IMG/VR virus record: IMGVR_UViG_3300034072_001093
Location: 1 to 64,000 of that record
DNA: 64,000 nt
Direction: 5' to 3' (one strand)
Source of the DNA: a virus
The notes below the pieces were generated by a model, which was not told where the DNA came from, did no database searches, and worked only from the letters and a program-made list of their open reading frames with translations. Shown here one piece after another: positions 48,930 to 57,561 of this stretch. Within the stretch, counting starts at the first letter, position 1, and every line of letters starts with the position of its first letter. The position numbers were made by a program, and so were the translations under genes.

Positions 48930-49200
48930 TGCAGACGTGCAGGATCGTCCGGAAAAGGTTCCGAAGTTGAGACGATCCTGCGGGATCAGCTAATTTTGCT
49001 ATGCTGGAAAAGCATGGTCAGTGCTTTCTCCTGGCTCAAGCAGACAGCTTCGGGTCGCGCACCCCAAGGGCACCACCCGAAGTAACAATCGCCAACCAAA
49101 TACCCTGAGGGGGAGCGGATACTGGGATTGGTGAGACTGTCACCCTTAGCCCCGGCAGAGGCCACGTTCTGTCTACTAAATTGATGTTTGGTCTGGGTTT
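48930..49200 (-). ncRNA. Structured leader RNA candidate with a 9-codon uORF (48986-49015)
   Basis: Multi-branch closing stem 49039-49047/49169-49177, inner stem CTTCGGGT/ACCCGAAG, and hairpin GCAGGATCGTC/GACGATCCTGC. Confidence 0.4.
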
Positions 49201-49286
49201 ATGAGAAGTTGGTCGCTTCTATCCTATGATAGGGCAAGCCTGAATCTGGTGGCAAGCACTATTTAGAGGTATGTCGACATTTCGTC

Positions 49287-49751
49287 TCAAATCTCCAGGA
49301 GCTTCCGGTGCTGGATCAGGTAGGAAGTTGCTCTTTCGAGCAAAGCCAGATCGTCTTTGAAGAAGCCCAGGCCGCGGTTACAGGAGCTGCAAAGCATGCC
49401 CCTGAAAGTGTGGGTCTGGTGACAATGATCGATCGAAAGCTCTTTCCACCTACCATCTCCAGCAGCCCCACAAAGGTCACAAAGACCGTTATGGGCGAGA
49501 AGCTGCTGAATAAGCTCTGGGGTCGCTTTGACGCCGATCCGACGAAGACGGTATCTCAGGCGACCCTCCGGATTGCCGTGATACCTATCGGAGGATTGAG
49601 CGTTGAGCTTGTCCTTGTTGGCCTGGCGATAACTCCGCATATACGCCTGATGCTGAGCCAGCTTATCGGGATCCGCATTACGCTTTGCCCTCGCTCTGGC
49701 GCATGCTTCGAGCTTCTTAGCAGAAGTTTTGTTAACCCTGGTCACGGTCAA
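49287..49751 (-). CDS. Endonuclease VII-type HNH (putative free-standing homing endonuclease)
   Basis: CxxC...IDHCH...RGMLCSSCNRGLG. Overlaps the thyX stop. Confidence 0.85.
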   Translation of the reverse strand: MTVTRVNKTSAKKLEACARARAKRNADPDKLAQHQAYMRSYRQANKDKLNAQSSDRYHGNPEGRLRYRLRRIGVKATPELIQQLLAHNGLCDLCGAAGDGRWKELSIDHCHQTHTFRGMLCSSCNRGLGFFKDDLALLERATSYLIQHRKLLEI

Positions 49752-50644
49752 ATCTCCAGAGTTTTGCGAAACTGAATCCAGCCCGTGAAGTTCCCGTGGA
49801 GGTCAGATCTTGCCCATTCATAGGTTCCGTCTGGACGAGGGTCTAAAGCCTCATCAGGTGTTGCCTGATGCTCTGCAGGTGAGGCATGCAGGGGCTTGGA
49901 GCCAACGAGGCGATCGAACAGCTTCAGGTCTTCCTCGACGGTGGTCTGGCGGCCGTCATGGGTCAGGTAGCTGACACGAGCACAGCGAGCGGTGGAGACC
50001 TTCTTGAGGATGTCGTTTATCTGGCCAGGCATGGGAACGACACGCATGACGCCGTTCCCGGTAATCCGGTCCTGGGCTGCCTTGACGTCATCGCGGGTGA
50101 TGTAAGGCAGATGCCAGTCTTCCGGAGCCAGGTGCTGAGGATGGCTGCTGCACAGAGCGTTGAGCATTTCCAGAGCCAGGACCTTCATCTCAGGCTGGGC
50201 ATCGGGGTGAGCACGCAGCTCGAAGAAGTTCTCCCAGTCCGTCGCCGTGACGACGACGTTGATGTGTGCCCATGGTTCGAGGATGCGATTGGCAATCTGC
50301 TTGTGGAGACCGAGACGAACCATCTCTTCTGCAGCTCTGATGCAGCAATCGAGAGCATCGTGCCACTCTGCGTTGGCATATGCCAGGTCATCTGCGGTGA
50401 GTTCAGCTCCAGCCTGCATCCCAGGCTTATTGCTGCCCCAGAAGACAGGCATGGCAGGATCCCGGCGAAGATCTTCGATCATTCGTTCGACAGGGATAGC
50501 TCGACTGGAGCTTGCGTTCCGCGAAAAGACCCTGTGTGTCATAAACTCCGCATGGATGAACCTCGGGTAGCGTAGCTGCATGGTTGTGAGGCGGATTCCA
50601 GCAGGTGAGATGCTGTCCGCGATCACTTTGGCATAGATTGTCAT
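49748..50644 (-). CDS. thyX: Flavin-dependent thymidylate synthase
   Basis: THRVFSRNASSSRAIP (ThyX motif), KQIANR, CARVSY and HASPAEH. Confidence 0.92.
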   Translation of the reverse strand: MTIYAKVIADSISPAGIRLTTMQLRYPRFIHAEFMTHRVFSRNASSSRAIPVERMIEDLRRDPAMPVFWGSNKPGMQAGAELTADDLAYANAEWHDALDCCIRAAEEMVRLGLHKQIANRILEPWAHINVVVTATDWENFFELRAHPDAQPEMKVLALEMLNALCSSHPQHLAPEDWHLPYITRDDVKAAQDRITGNGVMRVVPMPGQINDILKKVSTARCARVSYLTHDGRQTTVEEDLKLFDRLVGSKPLHASPAEHQATPDEALDPRPDGTYEWARSDLHGNFTGWIQFRKTLEI

Positions 50645-50826
50645 GGGTCTGTGTCTTTCTGGGTTTGTGAAGTCCGAGACACTCTGGAGAGAGCCTCGGT
50701 TGGTCGACTTCAAGGGGGTCAGATGGTGCACTCACGGTTTACAGTGTTAGGGTAAACCTGAGGAAAGCTGGGGGTTTGCTGGGGATATGGTTTACAAGAA
50801 AATCCTTATTTTTCAATGATACGCAA

Positions 50827-50874
50827 GGAATCATAATCCGTAGGTCGGGGGTTCAAGTCCCTCCTCCGCTACCA
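50827..50874 (+). other. attP core: 3' half of an elongator tRNA-Met (CAT)
   Basis: GGA-ATCATAA-TCC anticodon arm, GGGGG-TTCAAGT-CCCTC T arm, CTCCGCT-A-CCA end. No 5' half or D arm upstream. About 60 bp from the integrase stop. Confidence 0.85.
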
Positions 50875-50932
50875 AAAAATCCCGGTAAAACAAAGGTTTA
50901 GAGGAGCGGCAAATTTCAGATGAAACCAAAGT

Positions 50933-52012
50933 TTACACGCCTTTGTAAACTTTTCCGCGCTGGGTCTTCTGGCCCATGCCGCGCATCTTTTGCGCCAAGT
51001 GCATGATGACCCGTGCGTTATCGACATATCTGAGCCGTACAGCGGACACTTTCTCCGAACTCCAACCAAGAATCTTGGCGATGTCATCGTCGTTGAGGCC
51101 GTTCTGCACCAGCTTAGTGGCGAAAGTGCCACGAAGGTCGTGAAGAACACGATCGAACCCTGGCGGAAACGATTTCCGGAGCATGCAAGACAGCCCTTGC
51201 TTGGTCCAAGCGAACCCGCGGCTGTTTTTCAGCACGGTTCCGGTCTGCTCTCTGCCCTTCAACCATGCCCTGAGTTCAGGGAGCATGGGGATGATGGCCT
51301 CTGTTCCTCGCTTCTCGGTGCGTTCGACCCAGACAAAATTCTGGTCGAGGTTCACATTACCCCACTCAAGCTTGACCAGATCTCCGAGACGGAGACCGGT
51401 GAGGCTGGCGAGAACGATGGCGTCCATGACGTGCGTCGGGATCTTGGCATTGTGAATGGCGTCCCAGTGACGCTCCTCCCAGATCTCGTCGGCCTTGTTG
51501 ACGCGGTGGAGCTTGGAGATGCCGTCGGCACAGTTGTGGTCGACCATGGCGTTCTCCCTGCCCCAGTTGAGCAGGGTGCTCATCATGACGACACCCTTGT
51601 CGGCCGAGCGGGGTTGGTCCCTCCACTGGTTCCGCCAGCCGTGGACCTTGCCTCGCATCTTGGCATCGTTGAAGAGCTCAAGGGGCATCTTCCCGAAGTG
51701 CTCGTCGATCCGGTTGAGCCAGAGACGGTAGTCCTTTTTGGTGGCCGGCTTCAGCCGACCAAACTCGGGGCTGTCCTGGTAGGCTGTAATGAGGGCACTC
51801 ATTCTGACGGTCTTCTCGTCTCGATCTTTGTTCATGGCCGCGAGCTGCTTGGCGAGCAGCTTTTGGGTGATAACGGGGGGGACGTGATCATCCGTCTGGA
51901 TGAGTGGTCCCCCCCGCCAGGCATACGAATAGTACCGATCGCCCCATCTGAGGCGTTTGCGGACAATGTGTATCCCTATCACGACCTTAGTCCTGCGCCG
52001 CGAAGTAGGCAT
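50933..52012 (-). CDS. int: Tyrosine integrase (start uncertain: ATG 52012 or GTG 51982)
   Basis: Catalytic residues R (TGLRLGD), K (TEKRG), HxxR (HDLRGT), W (LGW) and Y (RYV), with an N-terminal arm-binding-like segment. Confidence 0.92.
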   Translation of the reverse strand: MPTSRRRTKVVIGIHIVRKRLRWGDRYYSYAWRGGPLIQTDDHVPPVITQKLLAKQLAAMNKDRDEKTVRMSALITAYQDSPEFGRLKPATKKDYRLWLNRIDEHFGKMPLELFNDAKMRGKVHGWRNQWRDQPRSADKGVVMMSTLLNWGRENAMVDHNCADGISKLHRVNKADEIWEERHWDAIHNAKIPTHVMDAIVLASLTGLRLGDLVKLEWGNVNLDQNFVWVERTEKRGTEAIIPMLPELRAWLKGREQTGTVLKNSRGFAWTKQGLSCMLRKSFPPGFDRVLHDLRGTFATKLVQNGLNDDDIAKILGWSSEKVSAVRLRYVDNARVIMHLAQKMRGMGQKTQRGKVYKGV

Positions 52013-52196
52013 CGAATCTGTCCCGTAGCGTGGTCTCCTTGGCTGCCGGGGGCAGCTGCGGAGATGGTAAGCATGAAACAGTGACTCCATCTTCCCGGAT
52101 GTCAACGGAGTTGGGCATGAAGCCGTATTCCCGCTTGAGCATGTCGAGGATGGATCGCACCTCGGTTAGAGGCACGGTACGCCGCTTTGTAGTCAC
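51987..52196 (-). CDS. Excisionase/recombination-directionality-factor candidate
   Basis: 69-aa protein with a GGGAGG SD, immediately upstream of and overlapping int. Confidence 0.45.
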   Translation of the reverse strand: MTTKRRTVPLTEVRSILDMLKREYGFMPNSVDIREDGVTVSCLPSPQLPPAAKETTLRDRFDAYFAAQD

Positions 52197-52340
52197 GAAT
52201 CCTCCCTTGGTCCCGTGAAGCTGAGCCTGACCTGCTCAGCCGCACAGAGATGATTCTGTTGATGGTCATGGTTTGGCACCGAAGTGCCTGGTCTGGGTTT
52301 TTACGGTGCTCTGTAAGGGGGGGCGAGCACTGTGAGAGGG

Positions 52341-52372
52341 CATATCCCGGATGGTTTCCAACATGTCAACAT
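52341..52372 (-). promoter_or_regulatory. Sigma70-like promoter for xis-int overlapped by palindrome ATGTTGACAT
   Basis: TTGACA (52369-52364)-17 bp-GATATG (52346-52341). The palindrome spans 52363-52372. Confidence 0.6.
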
Positions 52373-52409
52373 AGCCTGAAAAGATAACATCGAGCCCCTT
52401 CGGGTAAAC

Positions 52410-52802
52410 TTAACATCGGTTGTTTTTGGGTAAGCCCTCCTGTCCGATATGCTGCTGCATGTTGCTGCAGGTTCGAGCTATGAGATGGCATTGGTAAACC
52501 AGAGGTAACGCATCCCAGACGTCTGATAACCAAATGAAAATGCGCTGTTTTACCGTGACATCTTCAAATTGGGTCTTATCTGGGAGTGAAATGCCCGAAG
52601 GTGTTTCCACAGGATTATTCGATCCATTTTGGTTGTTGTTTGCCGCCTGCAGGAGGTCATAAAACTCCTGCAGTGTGGCCTGGAGGCCACTCTTATCGAC
52701 CGGAATTTCGATCTTGTCGAAGTCCGGATTGATCTTGGCTGCGTCTGCCTGGGTGGTGAGGACGTGGATTCGCTGCCCATCGTTTGCGGTGTAGAAGATC
52801 AT
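52410..52802 (-). CDS. Hypothetical protein
   Basis: ATGA overlap with the deaminase stop. TQADA...IPVDKSGL motif and an AT-rich 3' half. Confidence 0.6.
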   Translation of the reverse strand: MIFYTANDGQRIHVLTTQADAAKINPDFDKIEIPVDKSGLQATLQEFYDLLQAANNNQNGSNNPVETPSGISLPDKTQFEDVTVKQRIFIWLSDVWDALPLVYQCHLIARTCSNMQQHIGQEGLPKNNRC

Positions 52803-53389
52803 GCCTGGTTCCTCAGCTGGCGAGTTGCCTCGCGTCTGCGTTCGACATTGGCGTTGTTGGCCTCAAGGAGGCCTCGGACACGCCACTCGAGAAACTGGAT
52901 TCGATCCTTGAGCTTCTCTTGATTGGGCGGAGGTGAGCCAGGGAGAACCCTGACAGTCACCCCACCTTCGAACAGGATCTCGGCCGCCTGTCTCATGCTC
53001 TCTCCCCATCGGGGATCGTCATGGTCGAATGGATAGACCACCACGCAGCTGATCCCAGCCTGAACGATGTCGCCTGCACAGTTCGCACAAGGGAACCAGG
53101 GAATATACATGGTGCATCCCCTGGTGCTGGCTCCCATGCGTGCTGCATTGAGGATAGCATTCTCCTCGGCATGCTTGGTGAAGGCGTATTTGGTCGGCCT
53201 GGCGTGGCGCGATTCGATTGTGTCATCCACGCCCCTGGGGAAGCCGTTCCAGCCTGAGCTGACCTGCTCCTGGTCAGGGCCGACGATGACAGCACCAACC
53301 TGCCGGCCACGGTCCTTGGACCATTCGGCATAGTGCAGGGCGAGCGACATCCATCGCTCGTCCCACATGCGCTGCTTCGAGGCGATCAT
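52799..53389 (-). CDS. dCMP deaminase
   Basis: HAEENA and PCxxC zinc motifs, SKD..RQVGAVIV and GWNGFP. Confidence 0.92.
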   Translation of the reverse strand: MIASKQRMWDERWMSLALHYAEWSKDRGRQVGAVIVGPDQEQVSSGWNGFPRGVDDTIESRHARPTKYAFTKHAEENAILNAARMGASTRGCTMYIPWFPCANCAGDIVQAGISCVVVYPFDHDDPRWGESMRQAAEILFEGGVTVRVLPGSPPPNQEKLKDRIQFLEWRVRGLLEANNANVERRREATRQLRNQA

Positions 53390-53574
53390 GATGCCTCCCC
53401 GAAATACAGCTTCCGGCAGGTCTTGCAGGTGACTTTGCCGAAATTTTCCTGGGAGGCGAAATAGTAGCTGCCTTCCAGGGGCTGACCACAAAGGGTGGTT
53501 GTGGGGTTGACTCGGTTACGGTCGGCGATGTGGCGAGCCTTGCTGTCGTCGAGCAGGGTATCGATTGCGGGCAT
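53386..53574 (-). CDS. Small Cys/His (zinc-ribbon-like) protein
   Basis: H...TLCG...VTCKTC pattern with an AGGAG SD. Confidence 0.6.
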   Translation of the reverse strand: MPAIDTLLDDSKARHIADRNRVNPTTTLCGQPLEGSYYFASQENFGKVTCKTCRKLYFGEAS

Positions 53575-53576
53575 GG

Positions 53577-54830
53577 TCAGCTCCTGACGTAGATGAGCTT
53601 GCCGAAGGGCACGCTCTGTCCCTTCTGGGTGCAGGCCCAGATGATGGGAACATTGACGGGAAGCGGCTGCATCGGGGCGACATAGAGATCGCTGAAGATG
53701 ACGGCCGCGGTGGGCTTGTGCTCGACGATGTGAGCATGGACGCAGCGAAGGCAGGTGCCTCCCCTGCCCACGACCACGATCTTTTCGAAGCGATCGTCCT
53801 CGTAGAAGACGTCCTCCTTCTGGATCTGGGTGTCGAACTGGACCAGGGTGAGCTTCTTCGGGTTGAACTGTTCCTTGATGAATTTCACCTCGGAGTTGAA
53901 CCGGAGAACCTCCTGGTCGGTGATCGAGCCGGACACATCGAGGTAGTAGATGAGGTGCTCAAGGCGACCTTCGTCCTCGAATCGGGACGGCAGATACATG
54001 TCGTCATGGGCGAATCGGCGGTTGGGCCTGCGCCAGGTGAAGTCCTCATCGACCAGATCGGTGAAGAAGGCCTTGAGCTCCGCTTCCCAGGGGATGATCG
54101 GAGCCAGGAATTTCTCGACAATCTGCTCGATGTTGCCCGGCAAAGTGCCAGGCTTCTGCCCGGCAAGCTTAGCCTGGTGAATGGCTCGGACCACGTTGTT
54201 GACGGCCGCTGTGGCTGTCTCCTTGGACATGGGGATCATGTCGCCGAGCTGATCGGTATCATTGGGGTTGGGCTGCCCTGCTGCTCCCTGGTTCCCGACA
54301 TCGCCGCCTGAACCATTGGGTGTGCAGGGTCCAGGCCCCCAGCTGGGCTTGGGCGGTTTCTGGTATTGCTGGATGAGGATGTCGTAGATGTCTTCCTCGG
54401 CCTGCAGTCCGTATTGCTGGTCCTTCCAGCAGTTTTCGACGCTGGTGAATTTGAATCCGTCCTGTTCGAGGCCGTTGTTGATCCGGAGATCGCAGGCGAA
54501 GTTCCAGATCAGGGGATCCCGGCTTTCACGCCGAACCTGGTGCAGCAGGGCTGCATGCCAGAGTTCGTGCATGAGGACGGTCTCCCGACCATCAGGGTGG
54601 ATTTCCATGAACCAGTCGGGGTTCCACCAGAAGGTGACGCCGTCGGTTGCTGCCGTGGGAATATCCCGGCTCCAGATGAAGTCCATGGACGACATGATGG
54701 AGCCAAGGAAGGCAGCGTTCTGGCCCAGGAAGACCTTGGTCTTGGTCCGATCGAGCTCACGGGTGATCGTGAACTCGTCGTAACCTAGCTCCTGCACCTG
54801 CTTGGGTGCAGCGGGGTGTTGGTTGCTCAT
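53577..54830 (-). CDS. Metallopeptidase-vWA protein (N4 gp25-like)
   Basis: HELWH zincin motif, MIDAS DVSGS, GRGGT and FSDL. Confidence 0.88.
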   Translation of the reverse strand: MSNQHPAAPKQVQELGYDEFTITRELDRTKTKVFLGQNAAFLGSIMSSMDFIWSRDIPTAATDGVTFWWNPDWFMEIHPDGRETVLMHELWHAALLHQVRRESRDPLIWNFACDLRINNGLEQDGFKFTSVENCWKDQQYGLQAEEDIYDILIQQYQKPPKPSWGPGPCTPNGSGGDVGNQGAAGQPNPNDTDQLGDMIPMSKETATAAVNNVVRAIHQAKLAGQKPGTLPGNIEQIVEKFLAPIIPWEAELKAFFTDLVDEDFTWRRPNRRFAHDDMYLPSRFEDEGRLEHLIYYLDVSGSITDQEVLRFNSEVKFIKEQFNPKKLTLVQFDTQIQKEDVFYEDDRFEKIVVVGRGGTCLRCVHAHIVEHKPTAAVIFSDLYVAPMQPLPVNVPIIWACTQKGQSVPFGKLIYVRS

Positions 54831-54839
54831 AGAGCCTCC

Positions 54840-55883
54840 TCAGCCGTTGATGTAGCGGGACAGGGCGATCATCGCCTTGGCGAAGGACGGGTGACGCTTC
54901 AGCTTCTCGTTGCGGAGAATGACCGAACGGAAGAAGACGATCTTGAAGGTGAGATCGAAGCGGTCGATGTAGGTCGCCACGTCCTCGAAAGCCTCTTCAG
55001 TGACGATGTCCATCAGGTGCGAGACGACAGCCCATTTGGTGGCGTTGTCCTGGGGAACCGGGCACTTTTCCGGGTCCTTGCGGATGTCGGCAATGCTGAC
55101 CATCGAGGCGTAGATCTTGGTGAACTGGACGAACTCGACAGCCACGCCGGAGGTGAGAGCACCGGCATAGAGGCTGATCTTGTCGTCCCTGACCTCTTTG
55201 CCCTTGATTAGCTTGTTCATGAACTCCCAGGTCCGGGGGCAGCAGAAGGTCTTCTCCTGGTGGTCGGGCCGGAAGTCCATCAGCAGGCTGGGCTTGAAGC
55301 TCAGGAAGCCGATGATCCGCGGATCGAAGTTCTGGGCCAGGGCGACGTCTTCACGCCACTCCTCGAAGTTGATCTCCATCTCGATGTGGATGAGCCGGCT
55401 CTGCATGGCAGTGCTGAGGCTGGTCGTGATCGCCTTGTCCGTCGACAGGTTGCCGGCAAGGACGACACCGACGTCTTCGTGCAGGTCGAACTGGCCGACC
55501 TTGCGATCGAGCACGAGCTTGTAGGCGGCCGCCTGCACGCTCTTGGGTGCCGAGTTGAACTCGTCGAGGAACAGGCCCCAGCCATTGCTGCCCTTGGGCT
55601 TCTCACGGCCAGCGAGCGGGAACAGATCGGCGAACGGGGCGAAGCGAGCTTCACCATTCTCGTCGAACCGGGGAAGCCCGGTCAGGTCTTCCGGTGCCGA
55701 GGTGGACAGCCGGTGGTCGATCATGTCGAGGCCGAACTCGTCGAAGATCGAACGGACGATCGAGCTCTTGCCGACGCCGGGCGATCCCTGGACGAAGGGA
55801 ACCAGGCCCGCCATCAGGCAATCGACGATGTGCGAGCGGGTCTGACGGGGCGTGCAGCGATACAGGTTGGTCGTGTCGGTCAT
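54840..55883 (-). CDS. MoxR-like AAA ATPase (N4 gp24-like)
   Basis: GSPGVGKS, LFLDEFN, AGN and PRTWE. Confidence 0.9.
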   Translation of the reverse strand: MTDTTNLYRCTPRQTRSHIVDCLMAGLVPFVQGSPGVGKSSIVRSIFDEFGLDMIDHRLSTSAPEDLTGLPRFDENGEARFAPFADLFPLAGREKPKGSNGWGLFLDEFNSAPKSVQAAAYKLVLDRKVGQFDLHEDVGVVLAGNLSTDKAITTSLSTAMQSRLIHIEMEINFEEWREDVALAQNFDPRIIGFLSFKPSLLMDFRPDHQEKTFCCPRTWEFMNKLIKGKEVRDDKISLYAGALTSGVAVEFVQFTKIYASMVSIADIRKDPEKCPVPQDNATKWAVVSHLMDIVTEEAFEDVATYIDRFDLTFKIVFFRSVILRNEKLKRHPSFAKAMIALSRYING

Positions 55884-55909
55884 TGGTCTGGGTTTCCTTG
55901 GTTCTGGGT

Positions 55910-57115
55910 TCAGGAGAGTGCGTAATCGGCGGCCAGGATGTCCTGGGCCAGGGTGTCATCGAGCTTTCCAAGGCTGATGGGTTTGCCCAGCAGCTGGCTG
56001 ACGATGTTGTCGAGCAGGTTGCTCTTGGCGATCAGGTGCAGCTGCAGGTTGTATTGGCGGCGCAGGTCGTTGCCGTAGTTGGGGTGGCAGCGGAAGCAGT
56101 CGTGGACGGTGACCACCTTGAAGGGCTTCACAGGGAGAGACTGGATCAGGTCTTCGATCACCCCTTGGTCAACATGACCGAGGTTGTCGGGGTTGAGGTG
56201 ATCCATGATCCGAGCGGACAGGTAACCTGTGCTTTGATAATGGTTCCAGAGAACCGCAACGAGCCGATCATCCACGGTTTTGGTGGCCTTACCGTAGATC
56301 TCGTTTTCAGCCATCAGGAGGTCCCAAAGGACCTTGACTTTAACGGGATCATAATCGCACCGGCGGCCCATCTCACGGACGATCATGCCGTCGATCGAGT
56401 GGACGACATTCGCTCCCAGAGCACGGCCGCCTTCGACAGGTGCATTGATTTTGCGGGTGATCTCGATCGGCTGATTGAGAACGTGCACAGTCTCCTTGAC
56501 GGTATCCATGACCGGCGTGCGGACCTGGAAGTTGTCGGGCAGCACCCAGTCGTGGCTCAGGGTGTCCGGATTCCACATGGCCTGGAATGCCTGGTTGAGT
56601 TCCCAGGCACCCGGAGCTGCGTGTGCCATGGTGTTGTAGAAGACGTTCAGGAAGTTACCTTCACCAAACACCCTCTTAGGCACAGCCGTCGAGCCGTAGA
56701 GGGCCGTCATGATGGCCTCCTTGCACATGGCTCGGGAGATCTTCGAGGTGTCGCCGATCTGGTCCAGCATATACTGGTAGATCCGGGTGTAGGCGTCTTC
56801 ACGCTGACCGGTGTTGACGACGTTGCAGAGCTCGGCCGCATAGCGATCGCCGATCAGTACAGCGAGGATCTGCAGGCCTGAGCTGGTGGCATCGAGCGAG
56901 ATCAGGTGGCCGGTGGGCAGCTGGCGTTCAGTCTCACGCCAAGCCTTGACGGCAGCGTGGTAGAGGGCCGGATTCTCTGCCTGGTCGAGCAGGCTTTCGA
57001 GATCGTTCTCGTTGTTGTCGAACCAGGCCAGGCGAGTGTCCCAGGTCTCCTTGTCGAGACCGAACTGCGAGGCGACGTCGATTTTGATGTATTCACGAGC
57101 GGTGAAGGTTTCCAT
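55910..57115 (-). CDS. RNA polymerase II subunit 2 (N4 gp16-like)
   Basis: T7-like motifs DATSSGLQ, RAMCKEAIMTALYGS and VHDCF. Confidence 0.95.
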   Translation of the reverse strand: METFTAREYIKIDVASQFGLDKETWDTRLAWFDNNENDLESLLDQAENPALYHAAVKAWRETERQLPTGHLISLDATSSGLQILAVLIGDRYAAELCNVVNTGQREDAYTRIYQYMLDQIGDTSKISRAMCKEAIMTALYGSTAVPKRVFGEGNFLNVFYNTMAHAAPGAWELNQAFQAMWNPDTLSHDWVLPDNFQVRTPVMDTVKETVHVLNQPIEITRKINAPVEGGRALGANVVHSIDGMIVREMGRRCDYDPVKVKVLWDLLMAENEIYGKATKTVDDRLVAVLWNHYQSTGYLSARIMDHLNPDNLGHVDQGVIEDLIQSLPVKPFKVVTVHDCFRCHPNYGNDLRRQYNLQLHLIAKSNLLDNIVSQLLGKPISLGKLDDTLAQDILAADYALS

Positions 57116-57144
57116 GGCGGTCTTCCTGTGAAATGTGGTGGAGA

Positions 57145-57408
57145 TCAGAAGGGGACGGAGTCGATCATCTGGATCACGTCAGGGCTGAAACGCAGCCACT
57201 CGACGTTCTTGTTCGCCCATTCGAGGTAGTCGGGATCGTCACGGAACACTTCCGAGACGAGGCGACCTTTGTGTTTCCCAAAGGTCAGCCGGCTGTCCCA
57301 TCCGAAGGTCGTGACGGAATCGTGCTGCTTGAAGCGATTGGGGGTGGTGGTCTGGGGCTGCTCATCGAGCGGCAAGCCGCAGTAAGGGCACTCCTTGTGG
57401 TGGCCCAT
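57145..57408 (-). CDS. Small protein with CxxC and TFGKHKG (exodeoxyribonuclease X C-terminal-like) motif
   Basis: LTFGKHKG...DPDYLEW, with a GGAG SD. Confidence 0.7.
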   Translation of the reverse strand: MGHHKECPYCGLPLDEQPQTTTPNRFKQHDSVTTFGWDSRLTFGKHKGRLVSEVFRDDPDYLEWANKNVEWLRFSPDVIQMIDSVPF

Positions 57409-57561
57409 GTCAGTTCTCCTGGTTCAGGAGACCGGTGGATTGTGAACAGCACGACGCCTGCCGAGGATTGCCTCAGCAGAGCGTTGGTCTTCGTGCTGTA
57501 AACTTGGTCGGTCTGGGTTTTGGTCGGTGGAGTCGGTAGCCGGTTTACACCGGAATTTCGA

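Noticed and set aside
50827-50874. Functional phage tRNA-Met gene
   Set aside because: The 5' acceptor strand and D arm are absent, so it is better explained as an attP core.
57497-57549. TGTAAAC...GTTTACA pair as a second integrase arm site
   Set aside because: No core site nearby. More simply read as the stem of a leader hairpin enclosing an AACCCAGA motif.
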